A stretch of DNA of 64,000 bases from an uncultured Bacilli bacterium (GCA_910576795.1 CAJTIX010000002.1:43372-107371); one strand, 5' to 3'; numbered from the stretch's first letter, positions 47,564 to 58,390 are shown. Notes: generated from the sequence alone by a model not told the origin. Made by a program: numbers and translations.

Positions 47564-48169
47564 ATGGTGCAAGTATTTCTTCTTATCTTTTCATTATCAA
47601 TTGATTCTTTAATGGCAGGATTTTCACTTGGTATGAATCGAATTCGGGTTCCAATTCAGTATTTGATACTTTTAAATGGAATTGGTGCTAGTTTACTTTT
47701 CATGTCCATTTGGTTTGGTACTTGTTTGGATGTCATTTTTTCTTCTTACTGTTTGCGGAATTTTAGTATAATCTTATTTTTACTACTTGGTATTGGTAAA
47801 ATATTAGAAAGTGTTTTTCATAAATTAACAAGTAGAGAAAAAGAAATAAAAATTCGTATGCATCAAGTGGAATTTATTTTTCATATTTATGCGAACCCAG
47901 AAGCATCCGATATGGATTTTTCTAAACATATCTCTTTCAAAGAAGCAATGTGTTTAGGACTTGCACTTTCTTTGGATAATTTGACCATTGGAATAGGAAT
48001 AGGATTATTAAAGGTATCTTGTATTTTAATAACACTGCTTAGTTTTGTAACTGGTATTATTTTACTTGCTAGTGGTCATATGCTTGGAATGCATATTGGT
48101 AAAAAATGTAAATTTGAAACATCTTGGATTAGTGGAATCCTGCTTATCATTTTAGCATTTTTAAAATAG
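47564..48169 (+). CDS. MntP/YtaF-family membrane protein (putative Mn efflux)
   Basis: 201 aa, 6 TM, internal duplication with SIDSL / SLDNL motifs. Confidence 0.5.
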   Translation: MVQVFLLIFSLSIDSLMAGFSLGMNRIRVPIQYLILLNGIGASLLFMSIWFGTCLDVIFSSYCLRNFSIILFLLLGIGKILESVFHKLTSREKEIKIRMHQVEFIFHIYANPEASDMDFSKHISFKEAMCLGLALSLDNLTIGIGIGLLKVSCILITLLSFVTGIILLASGHMLGMHIGKKCKFETSWISGILLIILAFLK

Positions 48170-48436
48170 GTCTGTTAGATGCAGACCTTTTATAATATGG
48201 CAAATTTTTGATTTTATAAAAATGTATCATAGATATCATGCAAAGAAAATAAAGTAAATAATTATTTGCAGAAAAATGAGATTCTAAAGACAACTGTTGT
48301 TATTACAGTGTGAAATCAAACATAGATTATAGTGAGAGATGAAAAAGCAAGAATGCTAGAGTTTGTTAGTATCTCTCCTAACACCTAGCTATGCTCACAT
48401 AGTACCCCTTAAACTATCAGTTTCAGCGAAAAAAGA

Positions 48437-49027
48437 TCATATTTGATCTTTTTTTGGTTCATGAAATTCATTTGGTATTAACATTTCAATATAATGAATA
48501 ATTTCTTGTTTCGAATATTTATTATCATGTTTTAACCACTCTAAACAAACATTAAATACAGCACCCAAATAAAATTTTGAAATAATATCACCTGGTATAG
48601 AATCCCTCGTTATTTCCTTACTTTCTTGTATTTGCTTGATAATATCTTTATTAATGACATCATAGAGTATATCAATTGTAATACTATTTCTATTATAAAT
48701 CAGAATCGATACATAAGTTTCTTTTTTTTGCTCAATATGATCGAGTAATAATTTGATCATTTTCAAATAATATTCCTTGGAATTTCGTATGTTTTGATTT
48801 TTTTCTAATTCGTGCGCCAGTGAATTCTTAAGATCATTAATATAAGCTGCCAATAGTTCATATTTGTCCGCATAATGGGCATAGAAGGTGGAGCGATTGA
48901 TCATAGCGTGCGTACAAATATCTGAAACTTTAATTTCTTCAAAAGCTTGGCTTTTCATTAAATTTTCTAAAGTCTCATATAATAACTTTTTTGTTTTAAT
49001 AATTCTTAAATCAGTCTTTTCATTCAT
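48437..49027 (-). CDS. TetR/AcrR-family transcriptional regulator
   Basis: N-terminal HTH FEEIKVSDICTHAMINRSTFYAHY. Confidence 0.75.
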   Translation of the reverse strand: MNEKTDLRIIKTKKLLYETLENLMKSQAFEEIKVSDICTHAMINRSTFYAHYADKYELLAAYINDLKNSLAHELEKNQNIRNSKEYYLKMIKLLLDHIEQKKETYVSILIYNRNSITIDILYDVINKDIIKQIQESKEITRDSIPGDIISKFYLGAVFNVCLEWLKHDNKYSKQEIIHYIEMLIPNEFHEPKKDQI

Positions 49028-49204
49028 GGAAATCACCTATATAAATTATACAAAGCTTCAAAATAGTTGTAAATATAAACTACATTATGTTGGATATTTA
49101 TTCATACATAATGATACAATTGTTGGATATCATACAAAAATCTACTTATGTGCGTGAATTATGTCGAAAGATGACATACAATGTTTTGTACTGGGAGGTT
49201 AAAC

Positions 49205-52200
49205 ATGAAAAAAATAAGTGATTTTATCTGTAAACATAAAGTTTCAATTGTAATTATAACCGTATTACTATTGATTCCGTCACTCATAGGAATGAAATTG
49301 ACTAAAATCAATTATGATATTTTAGTCTATTTACCAGAAGATATTGAAACCGTAAAAGGTCAAAATATTTTATCGGATGATTTTAATATGGGGGCTTTTT
49401 CGATTACGATTATTGAAAATATGAGTTCCAAAGATGTATTAGCACTCGAAAATAAAATCAAACAAATTGAAGGTGTAGCCAAAGTAATCAGTGCTTATGA
49501 TGTAATTGGAAATGCGATACCAATCGAAATGTTACCAAGCGACATTCGCGAAAAAGTCAGAAATGGAAACACTGATTTACTAATGATTACATATCAAGAT
49601 TCCACTTCATCTGAAATGACATTAAATGCAGTGGAAGAAGTCAAATCCATTACTGATGATGCATGTAAAATTGGCGGGATGAGTGCGATGGTATTGGACA
49701 CCATGAATTTATCTGAAACTGAAATTGCAATTTATATTGTGATTGCAGTACTACTTTGTATATTGGTACTTGAAATTTCTCTTGATTCTTTCTTAGCACC
49801 AATTCTATTATTAGTGAATATAGGAATCGCAATTTTATTCAATCTAGGAACTAACATTATTTTTGGTGAAATATCATACATTACGAAAGCTTTGGTAGCA
49901 GTTTTACAACTTGGTGTAACAACTGACTTTTCTATTTTCTTATATCATTCATATGAAAATAAAAAAGGATTATTTAAATCCAAAGAAGAAGCAATGAGTC
50001 ATGCGATCGTAGAAACGTTTACATCTGTAGTAGGAAGTTCCCTTACCACAATTGCTGGCTTTTTGGTATTATGTACTATGCAATTAACTTTAGGTACTGA
50101 TTTGGGTCTTGTTATGGCAAAAGGTGTATTTTTAGGCGTTGTATGTGTACTCACAATATTTCCAAGTTTGTTACTTGTCTTCGATTCATGGATTGAAAAA
50201 ACAAGGCATAAATCGCTTTCATTACGATTTGAACATTTGCCTCATTTTATTATCAAACAACATAAAAAAATATTCGTTATTTTCTTAATTTTGCTTGTTC
50301 CTGCTTATCTAGCAAACTCAAAAGTAGAGGTATATTACAAATTAGATGAAACATTACCTGAAACTTTAGATAGCATTGTTGCAAATCAAGAACTTGCTGA
50401 AAAGTTTAATATTGTATCACCAGAAATTATTTTATTGAACAAAGATTTAAAAGCAAATGAAGTCAATCAAATGATTACAGAAATTGAGGATGTAGAAGGT
50501 GTAGACTTTGTATTATCATTTAGTAAATTAGCCAATATGAGTATCACTGATTCGATGCTCAGTGAAGATGTCATTCGCATTTTTGAAAGTGACCAATATC
50601 AAATGATTTTACTCAATTCAACATATGGAATCGCAACTGATGAACTGCATGATCAAATCGCAACGATTCAGAATATCATTAAAAAATATGATCCAGATGC
50701 GATATTGGCTGGAGAAGGGCCTCTTATGAGGGATTTGGTAACAATTAGTGCTACCGATTTTAAAAATGTAAATGTATCATCAATTGTTTGTATACTTGTC
50801 ATAATGTTGGTAGTATTAAAATCTTGTTCTTTACCAATTTTGTTAATTATGGTGATTGAGTTTGCTATTTTCATCAATATGGCGGTTCCTTATTTTGGAG
50901 ATATTACATTACCATTCGTTGCACCAATTGTGTTAGGAACGATTCAACTTGGAGCTACCATCGATTACGCTATTTTAATGACCACTACCTATTTGAACAA
51001 TCGTAAAAAAGGAATATCGAAAGAAGAGGCAATGAAAACAACGATGCAAAATTGTACGAATTCTATTCTTGTAAGTGGACTTTGTTTCTTTGCCGCAACA
51101 TTTGGAGTAGGTGTTTATTCTAAATTAGAAATGATTAGTTCACTTTGTACATTGATTTCAAGAGGTGCAATTATTAGTATGATAGTTGTTATTCTGGTTT
51201 TACCATCTATTTTATTAATATTTGATGGATTGATTGGTAAAACTACTATGGGATTTCGAAAGGAGAGAAAAAATATGAAAAAGAATTTTAAAAAAGTGGT
51301 TACTACCGTGTTACTAGTTTGTATTGGTTTATCTAGTGTTCCTGTATCTGCACTCACCAAGGAAGAAACTGTTTATGTGAAATTAAATGCAGATGGAAGT
51401 ACGCAGAAGACATTAGTGAATGAACATTTACTCAATAGAGCAAAATTGGAGGAAATGAAAGATATTTCAGATTTACAAAATATTTTAAATGTAAATGGGA
51501 ATGAAAAATTTCAATTAACAAACCAAGATTTATTATGGAATGCGAACGGAAATGATATTTTCTATCAGGGAGTAACTCAAAAAGAAATACCTGTGCAGTT
51601 ACATATTACATATTATCTCAATGGAGAAGAAAAAAAGTTAGATGAAATACTTGGAAAAAGTGGTAGAGTTTCGATTGTATTACAATATGAAAATAAAGAT
51701 GCACATACAATCAATGGAGAAGTATTATATACACCATTTGTAGTAACAGCCGCAACTATTATTGATACTACTTATAATTCTAATGTGGAGGTAAGCAATG
51801 GAAAAATTGTAAGCAATGGTACTAAGAATATTGTGATTGGACTTGCAACCCCTGGATTATATGAAAGTATAGGAATAGAGGCTTTTAAGAATATGAACAC
51901 CATTACAATTTCCTATGATACGAACAAGTTTGAACTTGCAAGTATTTATTCGATTGTAACACCTAAAATTATTAGTAGTGAAGATTTAAAAATATTTGAT
52001 AAAATGGATACGTTATATAGTAGTGTAAATTTATTGCAATCCTCGATCAATCAAATTGAAGCAGGGGCTAAATCTTTAGTAGATGGTGCTTCTCAAATTA
52101 ATAATGGAACTTCACAAATCTATGAGAATTTAAATATGGTTGTTCAAAAATTGGGTGAACTAGAAAAAGGAGCTACAAGTGTAGATCAAGGTCTACAACA

Positions 52201-53032
52201 GATTCTTTCTAAATTAAATGAAACTCAAACTTTGTTAAATGGTGATCATACAGAAAGGATTACAGAAATCAATTATTTGATAGACCAAAATAATAAAGCA
52301 CTTTCACAATTAAAGGCAACAAATGCAACACTTCAAACTACTTATGATACATTTCAATTGAAAGATATAGATGTTATAAGTATTATGGCTTTTACAAAGG
52401 ATACATATGCCAAATTTGGAAAACCAGATTTAAGTGATGCACAGGTAATGGAAATGAATTTACAATTGGCAACTGTAAAAAGCACTTATGAGGCAAGTTA
52501 TGCATCCAATTTACAACTGATCAGTTTACTAGAGGGGAATAATCAGGCATTACAAACAACTTTGACAACGCTTCAAAATATAAGTGGCCAAGTAAATACT
52601 TTAATAAATACTTTAGAAGGTTATATGAAGGAATTAGAAGTAGGTGCTAGTCAAATAGTAGACGGAACTTCGCAAATCAAAGAAGGAGTTGCTCTTTTGA
52701 CAAGTAAAACCCAAGAACTTTCTATTGGAACACAGAGTTTATCAGTTGGAACAAATCAACTATTGAGTGGTATTACTACATTCAATCAGGAGGGAATTCA
52801 AAGTTTAAGTGGATATGCTTATACTGCTAAAGCGTTAAAAGATAAACTGACTACATTGGTAAAATTAGGTGAATCCTATGATACATTTACGATGAAATCA
52901 TCTGATACAGAGGGTAGTACTCAATTTGTATTAACAGTAGATTCTGTTAAAATGAAAGAAAGTAAATCAGTTGTGAAGGAAGAAAAACCAAAAGAATCGT
53001 TATGGACAAAAATCAAAAATTTATTTAAATAA
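49205..53032 (+). CDS. MMPL-family membrane transporter with large C-terminal YhgE/Pip-like extracellular coiled-coil domain
   Basis: Two 6-TM bundles then a signal-anchor and a 580-aa repeat-rich region with QINNGTSQIYENL / QIVDGTSQIKEGV repeats. Confidence 0.55.
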   Translation: MKKISDFICKHKVSIVIITVLLLIPSLIGMKLTKINYDILVYLPEDIETVKGQNILSDDFNMGAFSITIIENMSSKDVLALENKIKQIEGVAKVISAYDVIGNAIPIEMLPSDIREKVRNGNTDLLMITYQDSTSSEMTLNAVEEVKSITDDACKIGGMSAMVLDTMNLSETEIAIYIVIAVLLCILVLEISLDSFLAPILLLVNIGIAILFNLGTNIIFGEISYITKALVAVLQLGVTTDFSIFLYHSYENKKGLFKSKEEAMSHAIVETFTSVVGSSLTTIAGFLVLCTMQLTLGTDLGLVMAKGVFLGVVCVLTIFPSLLLVFDSWIEKTRHKSLSLRFEHLPHFIIKQHKKIFVIFLILLVPAYLANSKVEVYYKLDETLPETLDSIVANQELAEKFNIVSPEIILLNKDLKANEVNQMITEIEDVEGVDFVLSFSKLANMSITDSMLSEDVIRIFESDQYQMILLNSTYGIATDELHDQIATIQNIIKKYDPDAILAGEGPLMRDLVTISATDFKNVNVSSIVCILVIMLVVLKSCSLPILLIMVIEFAIFINMAVPYFGDITLPFVAPIVLGTIQLGATIDYAILMTTTYLNNRKKGISKEEAMKTTMQNCTNSILVSGLCFFAATFGVGVYSKLEMISSLCTLISRGAIISMIVVILVLPSILLIFDGLIGKTTMGFRKERKNMKKNFKKVVTTVLLVCIGLSSVPVSALTKEETVYVKLNADGSTQKTLVNEHLLNRAKLEEMKDISDLQNILNVNGNEKFQLTNQDLLWNANGNDIFYQGVTQKEIPVQLHITYYLNGEEKKLDEILGKSGRVSIVLQYENKDAHTINGEVLYTPFVVTAATIIDTTYNSNVEVSNGKIVSNGTKNIVIGLATPGLYESIGIEAFKNMNTITISYDTNKFELASIYSIVTPKIISSEDLKIFDKMDTLYSSVNLLQSSINQIEAGAKSLVDGASQINNGTSQIYENLNMVVQKLGELEKGATSVDQGLQQILSKLNETQTLLNGDHTERITEINYLIDQNNKALSQLKATNATLQTTYDTFQLKDIDVISIMAFTKDTYAKFGKPDLSDAQVMEMNLQLATVKSTYEASYASNLQLISLLEGNNQALQTTLTTLQNISGQVNTLINTLEGYMKELEVGASQIVDGTSQIKEGVALLTSKTQELSIGTQSLSVGTNQLLSGITTFNQEGIQSLSGYAYTAKALKDKLTTLVKLGESYDTFTMKSSDTEGSTQFVLTVDSVKMKESKSVVKEEKPKESLWTKIKNLFK

Positions 53033-53044
53033 ACAAAAAGAAAA

Positions 53045-53082
53045 TCCAATTATGTTTCGTAAAAAAAATTGGATTTTTTTAG
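53045..53082 (+). terminator. Rho-independent terminator
   Basis: aaaatccaatt ... aattggatttt hairpin plus T-run. Confidence 0.6.
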
Positions 53083-53171
53083 TTTTTGACAAAATATTTT
53101 AAATAAGGCTTTAGTTTATTTAAAAAAGGATTTTAAAAGGTTCTGTTGTAATATTATATTGAGGTGGTAAA

Positions 53172-53309
53172 ATGGATAATTTAAGTGGGTTTCAAAATGG
53201 AAGTAGGTTTTCACAATATTTAAATGAAAAAATTTTTGATTTTGATGATATTATTGAGAGTATGTATCATCAACGTAATGATAAGGTTTTTCATTATGAA
53301 GGAAGTTAA
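53172..53309 (+). CDS. Small ORF (45 aa) overlapping DUF3800 gene start
   Basis: ATG with GAGGTGG SD; below track cutoff. Confidence 0.3.
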   Translation: MDNLSGFQNGSRFSQYLNEKIFDFDDIIESMYHQRNDKVFHYEGS

Positions 53310-53973
53310 TTTATATATTGATGAATCAGGTAATTTAGGATCTGGAATGGGAAGATATTTTTTAATTTGTGCTTTGGATATAGAATCTAGCGTAAAATCG
53401 ACTATTATAAAAAGAGCTGGTAGAACGATATGCCGATTCAAACAGAAAAAACATATTTTGAAGACAGAAGAGTTAAAAGGATGGAATTTAAATAGGGAAG
53501 ATAGAATAGATTTAATCGAACGGATTTTGTTTAAGGGTGTAAGGGTGAGATATATTGTATTAGATTTAAAGCAAACTACGATGTTATTGTCTAAACCTGA
53601 TGATAAAAATGCTTGTTTTAATTATTTGATTCAGTTAATTGTGAAACAAATTATGAAGGAATATCCACATGTCGATAAAATAAATTTATATTTAGATAAT
53701 CGATCTGTTAAAATTGGAAATCGTTTATCTTTAAAGCCTTATTTATATAATAAATTAATATTGGAACAATTAGAAACTCATTCCAATGTAAAACGAGTTG
53801 AGTTTAATATTACTTATTTAGAATCAGAAAGTTGTTATTTGATACAGTGGGCTGATATTATTGCAAATTCAATATATAAAGCATATAATGGTAATAATTA
53901 TGAATTTTATAATAAGATAAAACCTTATATTATTTTTGAAAGTAAATTTCCAACTAGAAATTTTGGAAAGTAG
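53296..53973 (+). CDS. DUF3800-family protein
   Basis: N-terminal VNLYIDESGNLG signature. Confidence 0.55.
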   Translation: MKEVNLYIDESGNLGSGMGRYFLICALDIESSVKSTIIKRAGRTICRFKQKKHILKTEELKGWNLNREDRIDLIERILFKGVRVRYIVLDLKQTTMLLSKPDDKNACFNYLIQLIVKQIMKEYPHVDKINLYLDNRSVKIGNRLSLKPYLYNKLILEQLETHSNVKRVEFNITYLESESCYLIQWADIIANSIYKAYNGNNYEFYNKIKPYIIFESKFPTRNFGK

Positions 53974-54369
53974 CTAACATGATATTGACGAGTTGATTTA
54001 AAAGTGGTAATATAGGTATACCAAAGAAGAACTGGCATATAAGCCTTATATGATTTATCCAATCGATGAATATAAGAGTTATTGATTAACTCAGTCATAT
54101 AAGCCCTGCCAGTCTTTTTTGTTGACTAAAAAGTCTATAATATCAAGTACTATGAACTTGTATAAAGTATATAAAAACTCGCATTTCCTAAATAGGTGTG
54201 CGAGTTTAAACCTCAATGGAGCCTTAACTATACACGTTTGCGAAATTAAGGACAAAAGTTGATTAAATCAACTGATACTTAAATTATAGCAGATATTAGT
54301 TTTTTTTCAAGTACAACTCAAATAAATTTTAACTTTCTATGATATAATACTTTAGAAAGTGGGTGAAGT

Positions 54370-55800
54370 ATGAGCCAAATTATTTGTGGAGATTTAGAAT
54401 TTGATAATATAAAGTACAAATTTGATTTTAGGGATAATATATTAGTATTATTACCAGAAGAATTACAGCAATATGCTAAATGGCGTTTTGAACATTTAGG
54501 AAAAAAAGAAAGATTTGATTATGTTAATGTTGAAGGTGTTACTAATAATGGATGGTATATTTGTTTTGTACATATTAAATTTTTCCATTTAGGTAGAGGT
54601 GCGTTGCAAGCTTTTGTACCAGGGTATGCAGTATGTAAAGCAAATGGAATAACTCCTTTGCCCACGTGTGAGCAAATTGAGAAGATTAGATTTTATGGAG
54701 ATTGTCTAGACAAATTCTACTATCCAAAAAGGGTTGTAGAAACAAGTGACTTCGTACATTCCAAAGATATAAAGTTTGAAATAAAAAAGCAAAAAATGAA
54801 AACAGATGATTTTATGGTTAATAAAGATAAATATTCATTTGGGGTTTATTGGACTGCTCCTTATAGTTCAAACATTAATGTTGTTCTAGATGTATCTTCA
54901 TATTTAGAAATAAAATTTGATAATTGCAAAAATATTACAGAAATTATTGATTATTATTTAAATGTCAAAAAATTTTTCTCATTTATTAATAATAGAAAAT
55001 ATATAAAATTTGAAAGGATTATAGCATTTAGGAATGATAATATTAGTTATGGTTTTGAAAAACAAGATAATATTCGTTCTATTGAAATAGAATTTGAATT
55101 GTACTTTGTTGATCCAGATGAGAAATTTGATTTGAATACATCTTTAAATACGGTTAGATTAGAAGATTTAGATAATAAATTTTGTAGAATATATAAGGAA
55201 GTGACTAAGGAAAAGTTTTTCACTCAATATTATCCTTTAAGCACAAGTGATAATCATTATATTGATAATGATAAATATGTTAGTGTATCAAGTGCATTCG
55301 AATCTGAGTTTGACAAATTACATCCTAAGTTCAAATCTACCATTAGTTCCGAATATAATGAAATAAAACAGATAATATTAAAATCTATTTCTAATAAGAA
55401 ATATAGAACAAAAGAAAAATTAAAAAATGACAAAGTAAACAATAAATCTTTAAAAACAACCATAAATGAGTGTGATTATTTTTCTAAAATAATCAAAAAT
55501 ATTGATGGAACATTGCATGAAAAAATTGTTTATTCATATAAGAAATACAATAATATTATAGAATCTAAAAGGAATAAATTATTAAAGAACTATGAGTTAG
55601 ATAAGGCGAAGGCAGGAGTGTTAGCCAATAAATTTGTTAAAAGAAGAAATGATATTTCTCATGGGAATGGCACAGGACAATTTGATTCATTGGAAATAAT
55701 CGCTTATGAGTTATTACGGATATGTATTTATTGTATCACACTAGAAAGATGTAAATTTTCTGAAGAAAAAATAAAAGAATTTATAGAAAAAATATTTTAG
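54370..55800 (+). CDS. Hypothetical 476-aa protein with C-terminal HEPN-like Rx4H motif (ApeA/Abi-like architecture?)
   Basis: FVKRRNDISHGNG near C-terminus fits the HEPN R-x4-6-H motif; rest unrecognised; first gene of overlapping 3-gene operon. Confidence 0.45.
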   Translation: MSQIICGDLEFDNIKYKFDFRDNILVLLPEELQQYAKWRFEHLGKKERFDYVNVEGVTNNGWYICFVHIKFFHLGRGALQAFVPGYAVCKANGITPLPTCEQIEKIRFYGDCLDKFYYPKRVVETSDFVHSKDIKFEIKKQKMKTDDFMVNKDKYSFGVYWTAPYSSNINVVLDVSSYLEIKFDNCKNITEIIDYYLNVKKFFSFINNRKYIKFERIIAFRNDNISYGFEKQDNIRSIEIEFELYFVDPDEKFDLNTSLNTVRLEDLDNKFCRIYKEVTKEKFFTQYYPLSTSDNHYIDNDKYVSVSSAFESEFDKLHPKFKSTISSEYNEIKQIILKSISNKKYRTKEKLKNDKVNNKSLKTTINECDYFSKIIKNIDGTLHEKIVYSYKKYNNIIESKRNKLLKNYELDKAKAGVLANKFVKRRNDISHGNGTGQFDSLEIIAYELLRICIYCITLERCKFSEEKIKEFIEKIF

Positions 55801-55828
55801 ATATTTTTAATTTAGGTGGTGAAGAATA

Positions 55829-56845
55829 ATGGCTGTATCTAATAGAGACGATTTTACACAATTAGTTAAATCTAAATTGGCAAAGAGGGTAGCTTATATT
55901 TGCTCTAACCCTAGTTGTCAGAAATTAACTATTGGACCAAATAGTTCTGATAGTATTAATAATATTGGGGTGGCAGCACATATATGTGCTGCTTCTCCTG
56001 GAGGACCTAGATATAATTCAATAATGACAGAAAAGGAAAGAAGAAGTTATGAAAATGGTATTTGGCTATGTCAAAGCTGTGCACGAATTATTGATATTGA
56101 TGCAGAAAAGTATACTCCACAGTTGTTAAAACTTTGGAAAGAAGAAACAGAAAATACAATATATTTGAATTTTAATCAAAGAGTTAATTTAAAAAAGAAA
56201 AACAAATTGGAGTATATTTTTGAAACATTAAGGGATTGTGACAATTGGGAAAGGTTGCAAGATGATTATATAGATGGTTATTATTTTAAGGAAAATCCAT
56301 CTTATATGATGGAAATTGTTGATAGTGATAATCATAATACAGAGTTTTATAGTTATTTAATGACTAATGAACATACCTCATTTTCTATTTTATATTTAAA
56401 ATATAATGGAACTTGTATTTATTCACAGCAAATTGTTAATTTAGATTCTGGAAGATTAACAACAGTTGTACCGTTATCTAGTTATATTGATTATAAAGAT
56501 GTACCTTATAAGTACAAATATTTTATTAAAAATAGTAAAGAAATGATTTTAAGAGATTTTTTACTCAATTTTGATAATGATTATGATAAATCTGAAGAAT
56601 TATATGCTTTAAAAAAATTAAGTGAAGTAGTAATTGAATATGAAACGGAAAAAGAAAGAGAATATTTTGAACAAAAATATTTAAACAATATAAATCTCGA
56701 AGATATAAAAAAATATAATAATGGTTATGAATATGCTGGTAACTCACAAAATGAAATTGAGTATAATAAAATTGCTATAGGTTTAAGTAAATACATAAAA
56801 GAAAAATATAAATTATACAAGGAGGAACTAGAAAGTGAAAAGTAA
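55829..56845 (+). CDS. HNH-like nuclease domain protein (338 aa)
   Basis: N-terminal CSNPSCQ ... AHICAASPGGPRYN ... NGIWLCQSCARIID fits the HNH C..C/H..N/C..C pattern. Confidence 0.5.
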   Translation: MAVSNRDDFTQLVKSKLAKRVAYICSNPSCQKLTIGPNSSDSINNIGVAAHICAASPGGPRYNSIMTEKERRSYENGIWLCQSCARIIDIDAEKYTPQLLKLWKEETENTIYLNFNQRVNLKKKNKLEYIFETLRDCDNWERLQDDYIDGYYFKENPSYMMEIVDSDNHNTEFYSYLMTNEHTSFSILYLKYNGTCIYSQQIVNLDSGRLTTVVPLSSYIDYKDVPYKYKYFIKNSKEMILRDFLLNFDNDYDKSEELYALKKLSEVVIEYETEKEREYFEQKYLNNINLEDIKKYNNGYEYAGNSQNEIEYNKIAIGLSKYIKEKYKLYKEELESEK

Positions 56846-57389
56846 TTACTTATTAGTACACGGAAGTTTTGGAAGCCCATTTTCTAATTGGATTCCATAT
56901 TTAAGAAAAGAAATAGAAAATAAAAGTCTAGAGGTTTATACTCCAGATTTTCCGACAGGAGTAGGTTACCAAAATTATGAAAACTGGTCTAAACTTTTAA
57001 AAACTTATGTAGAAGCAAATATCATAAATGAAAATACTATTATATTTGCTCATTCTATTGCACCTATTTTCATCTGCAAATTTCTAGTTGAGAATAAACT
57101 AAAGGTAAAAAGATTAGTTTTTGTTTGTGGATTTAACAATTATCTTGGAATCAATGAAGATTATGACACAGTGAATGAAAGTATGTATTTTGATAATTTG
57201 GTTGGTGTTAGAAAATATTGTGATGATATCGTTTGTTTCTATTCGGATAATGATCCATATGTGAAGTATGAAGCTGAAAAAGAATTTGCTGATACTATAA
57301 CTGAAAATCAAATTATGGTGTCTGGAGGAGGACATCTAAATTCTGAAAGTGGTTATACTGAATTTAATGACTTACTAAAATACATATAA
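56835..57389 (+). CDS. Small alpha/beta serine hydrolase (YdeN/RBBP9-like)
   Basis: LLVHGSFGSPFSNW N-terminus and FAHSIAP nucleophile-elbow-like segment; 11-bp overlap with upstream gene. Confidence 0.5.
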   Translation: MKSNYLLVHGSFGSPFSNWIPYLRKEIENKSLEVYTPDFPTGVGYQNYENWSKLLKTYVEANIINENTIIFAHSIAPIFICKFLVENKLKVKRLVFVCGFNNYLGINEDYDTVNESMYFDNLVGVRKYCDDIVCFYSDNDPYVKYEAEKEFADTITENQIMVSGGGHLNSESGYTEFNDLLKYI

Positions 57390-57421
57390 AACAAAGGCAA
57401 TGCCCAAACTGGCATTGCCTT

Positions 57422-57886
57422 TTAACAACTTTTTTCACGATATTTAACAGTTGACTTTCCACATAGCCAATCCATGGAAATATTGTACTTTTGGCATATT
57501 TGATAGGCAAAGGCAGTTAATATCAATGTTTTACCTGTTTCATATGCAGATATAGTAGAGAAGGTAGTATTTAGCTCATTTGCTAATGTACGAAGTGTCA
57601 AACTATTTTCTTCTCTAATTTCTTTCAAACGTTTACCAATTTCTGTTTTATTCAAATTTTTAACTTCAACTATAGAATTATTAATTTTTTGATTAGATAA
57701 ACCTAGTGAATAATCCATACTAACATTATAGATATTACATACAGTGTTCAGGTGCTTTAAAGGAATAATTTTTGTCCCATTTTCCCAAACGGAATAGGTT
57801 TGTTGGCTAATACCAATTTTTTCAGCAATATCCTTTTGATATAAGTTATTTAACTCTCTTAAGTCTAATAGTCTTTTCGTATTCAT
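57422..57886 (-). CDS. XRE-family regulator with two HTH domains
   Basis: Two HTH_XRE repeats; ATG 57886 with AGGTGA SD. Confidence 0.6.
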   Translation of the reverse strand: MNTKRLLDLRELNNLYQKDIAEKIGISQQTYSVWENGTKIIPLKHLNTVCNIYNVSMDYSLGLSNQKINNSIVEVKNLNKTEIGKRLKEIREENSLTLRTLANELNTTFSTISAYETGKTLILTAFAYQICQKYNISMDWLCGKSTVKYREKSC

Positions 57887-58150
57887 AAGCGATTCACCTA
57901 TAACAATTCTCCCATTAAAAGTAAAAATGTTAACCATCATACTAACAAATACGAACAAAACATGATATAATGAATTGGCAGATAGACAATGGCATAGAAT
58001 CATTTTTGAATTATTTATAATAGGACTAATATTAAAATTCAAAATAGGGGAGGTATGATAAATAAGTATAAAGAGATTTACAAATTTTGGTTTAAGAATA
58101 ATAAAAAAAGAACTGCGAATTCTTTTTAACAATGGAGTAATACCCAATAA

Positions 58151-58390
58151 TTATTTTTTACGGACAATTACTTCAATATTATGTGCTTTGCACATTTTTA
58201 GGAATGTAGCAAGACTCACATTGATTGTTCCATATTCATAACCTTCAATTGTCTTTCTACTACGGTGTATAGATTCTGCAAAGTCATTTTGGGTTAGTTC
58301 AGACCATTCTCTAACTAACTTAATGATTTCTTTTGGTTTATAATCATTGGCTTTAAATTGCATATCTCTACACCTCCGACTTTTCAACAT
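58151..58390 (-). CDS. XRE-family HTH regulator (start probably internal Met)
   Basis: ELTQNDFAESIHRSRKTIEGYE HTH. Confidence 0.5.
   Translation of the reverse strand: MLKSRRCRDMQFKANDYKPKEIIKLVREWSELTQNDFAESIHRSRKTIEGYEYGTINVSLATFLKMCKAHNIEVIVRKK

Noticed and set aside
48888-49157. 89-aa plus-strand ORF
   Set aside because: Overlaps the start of the TetR gene and its promoter region; no RBS.
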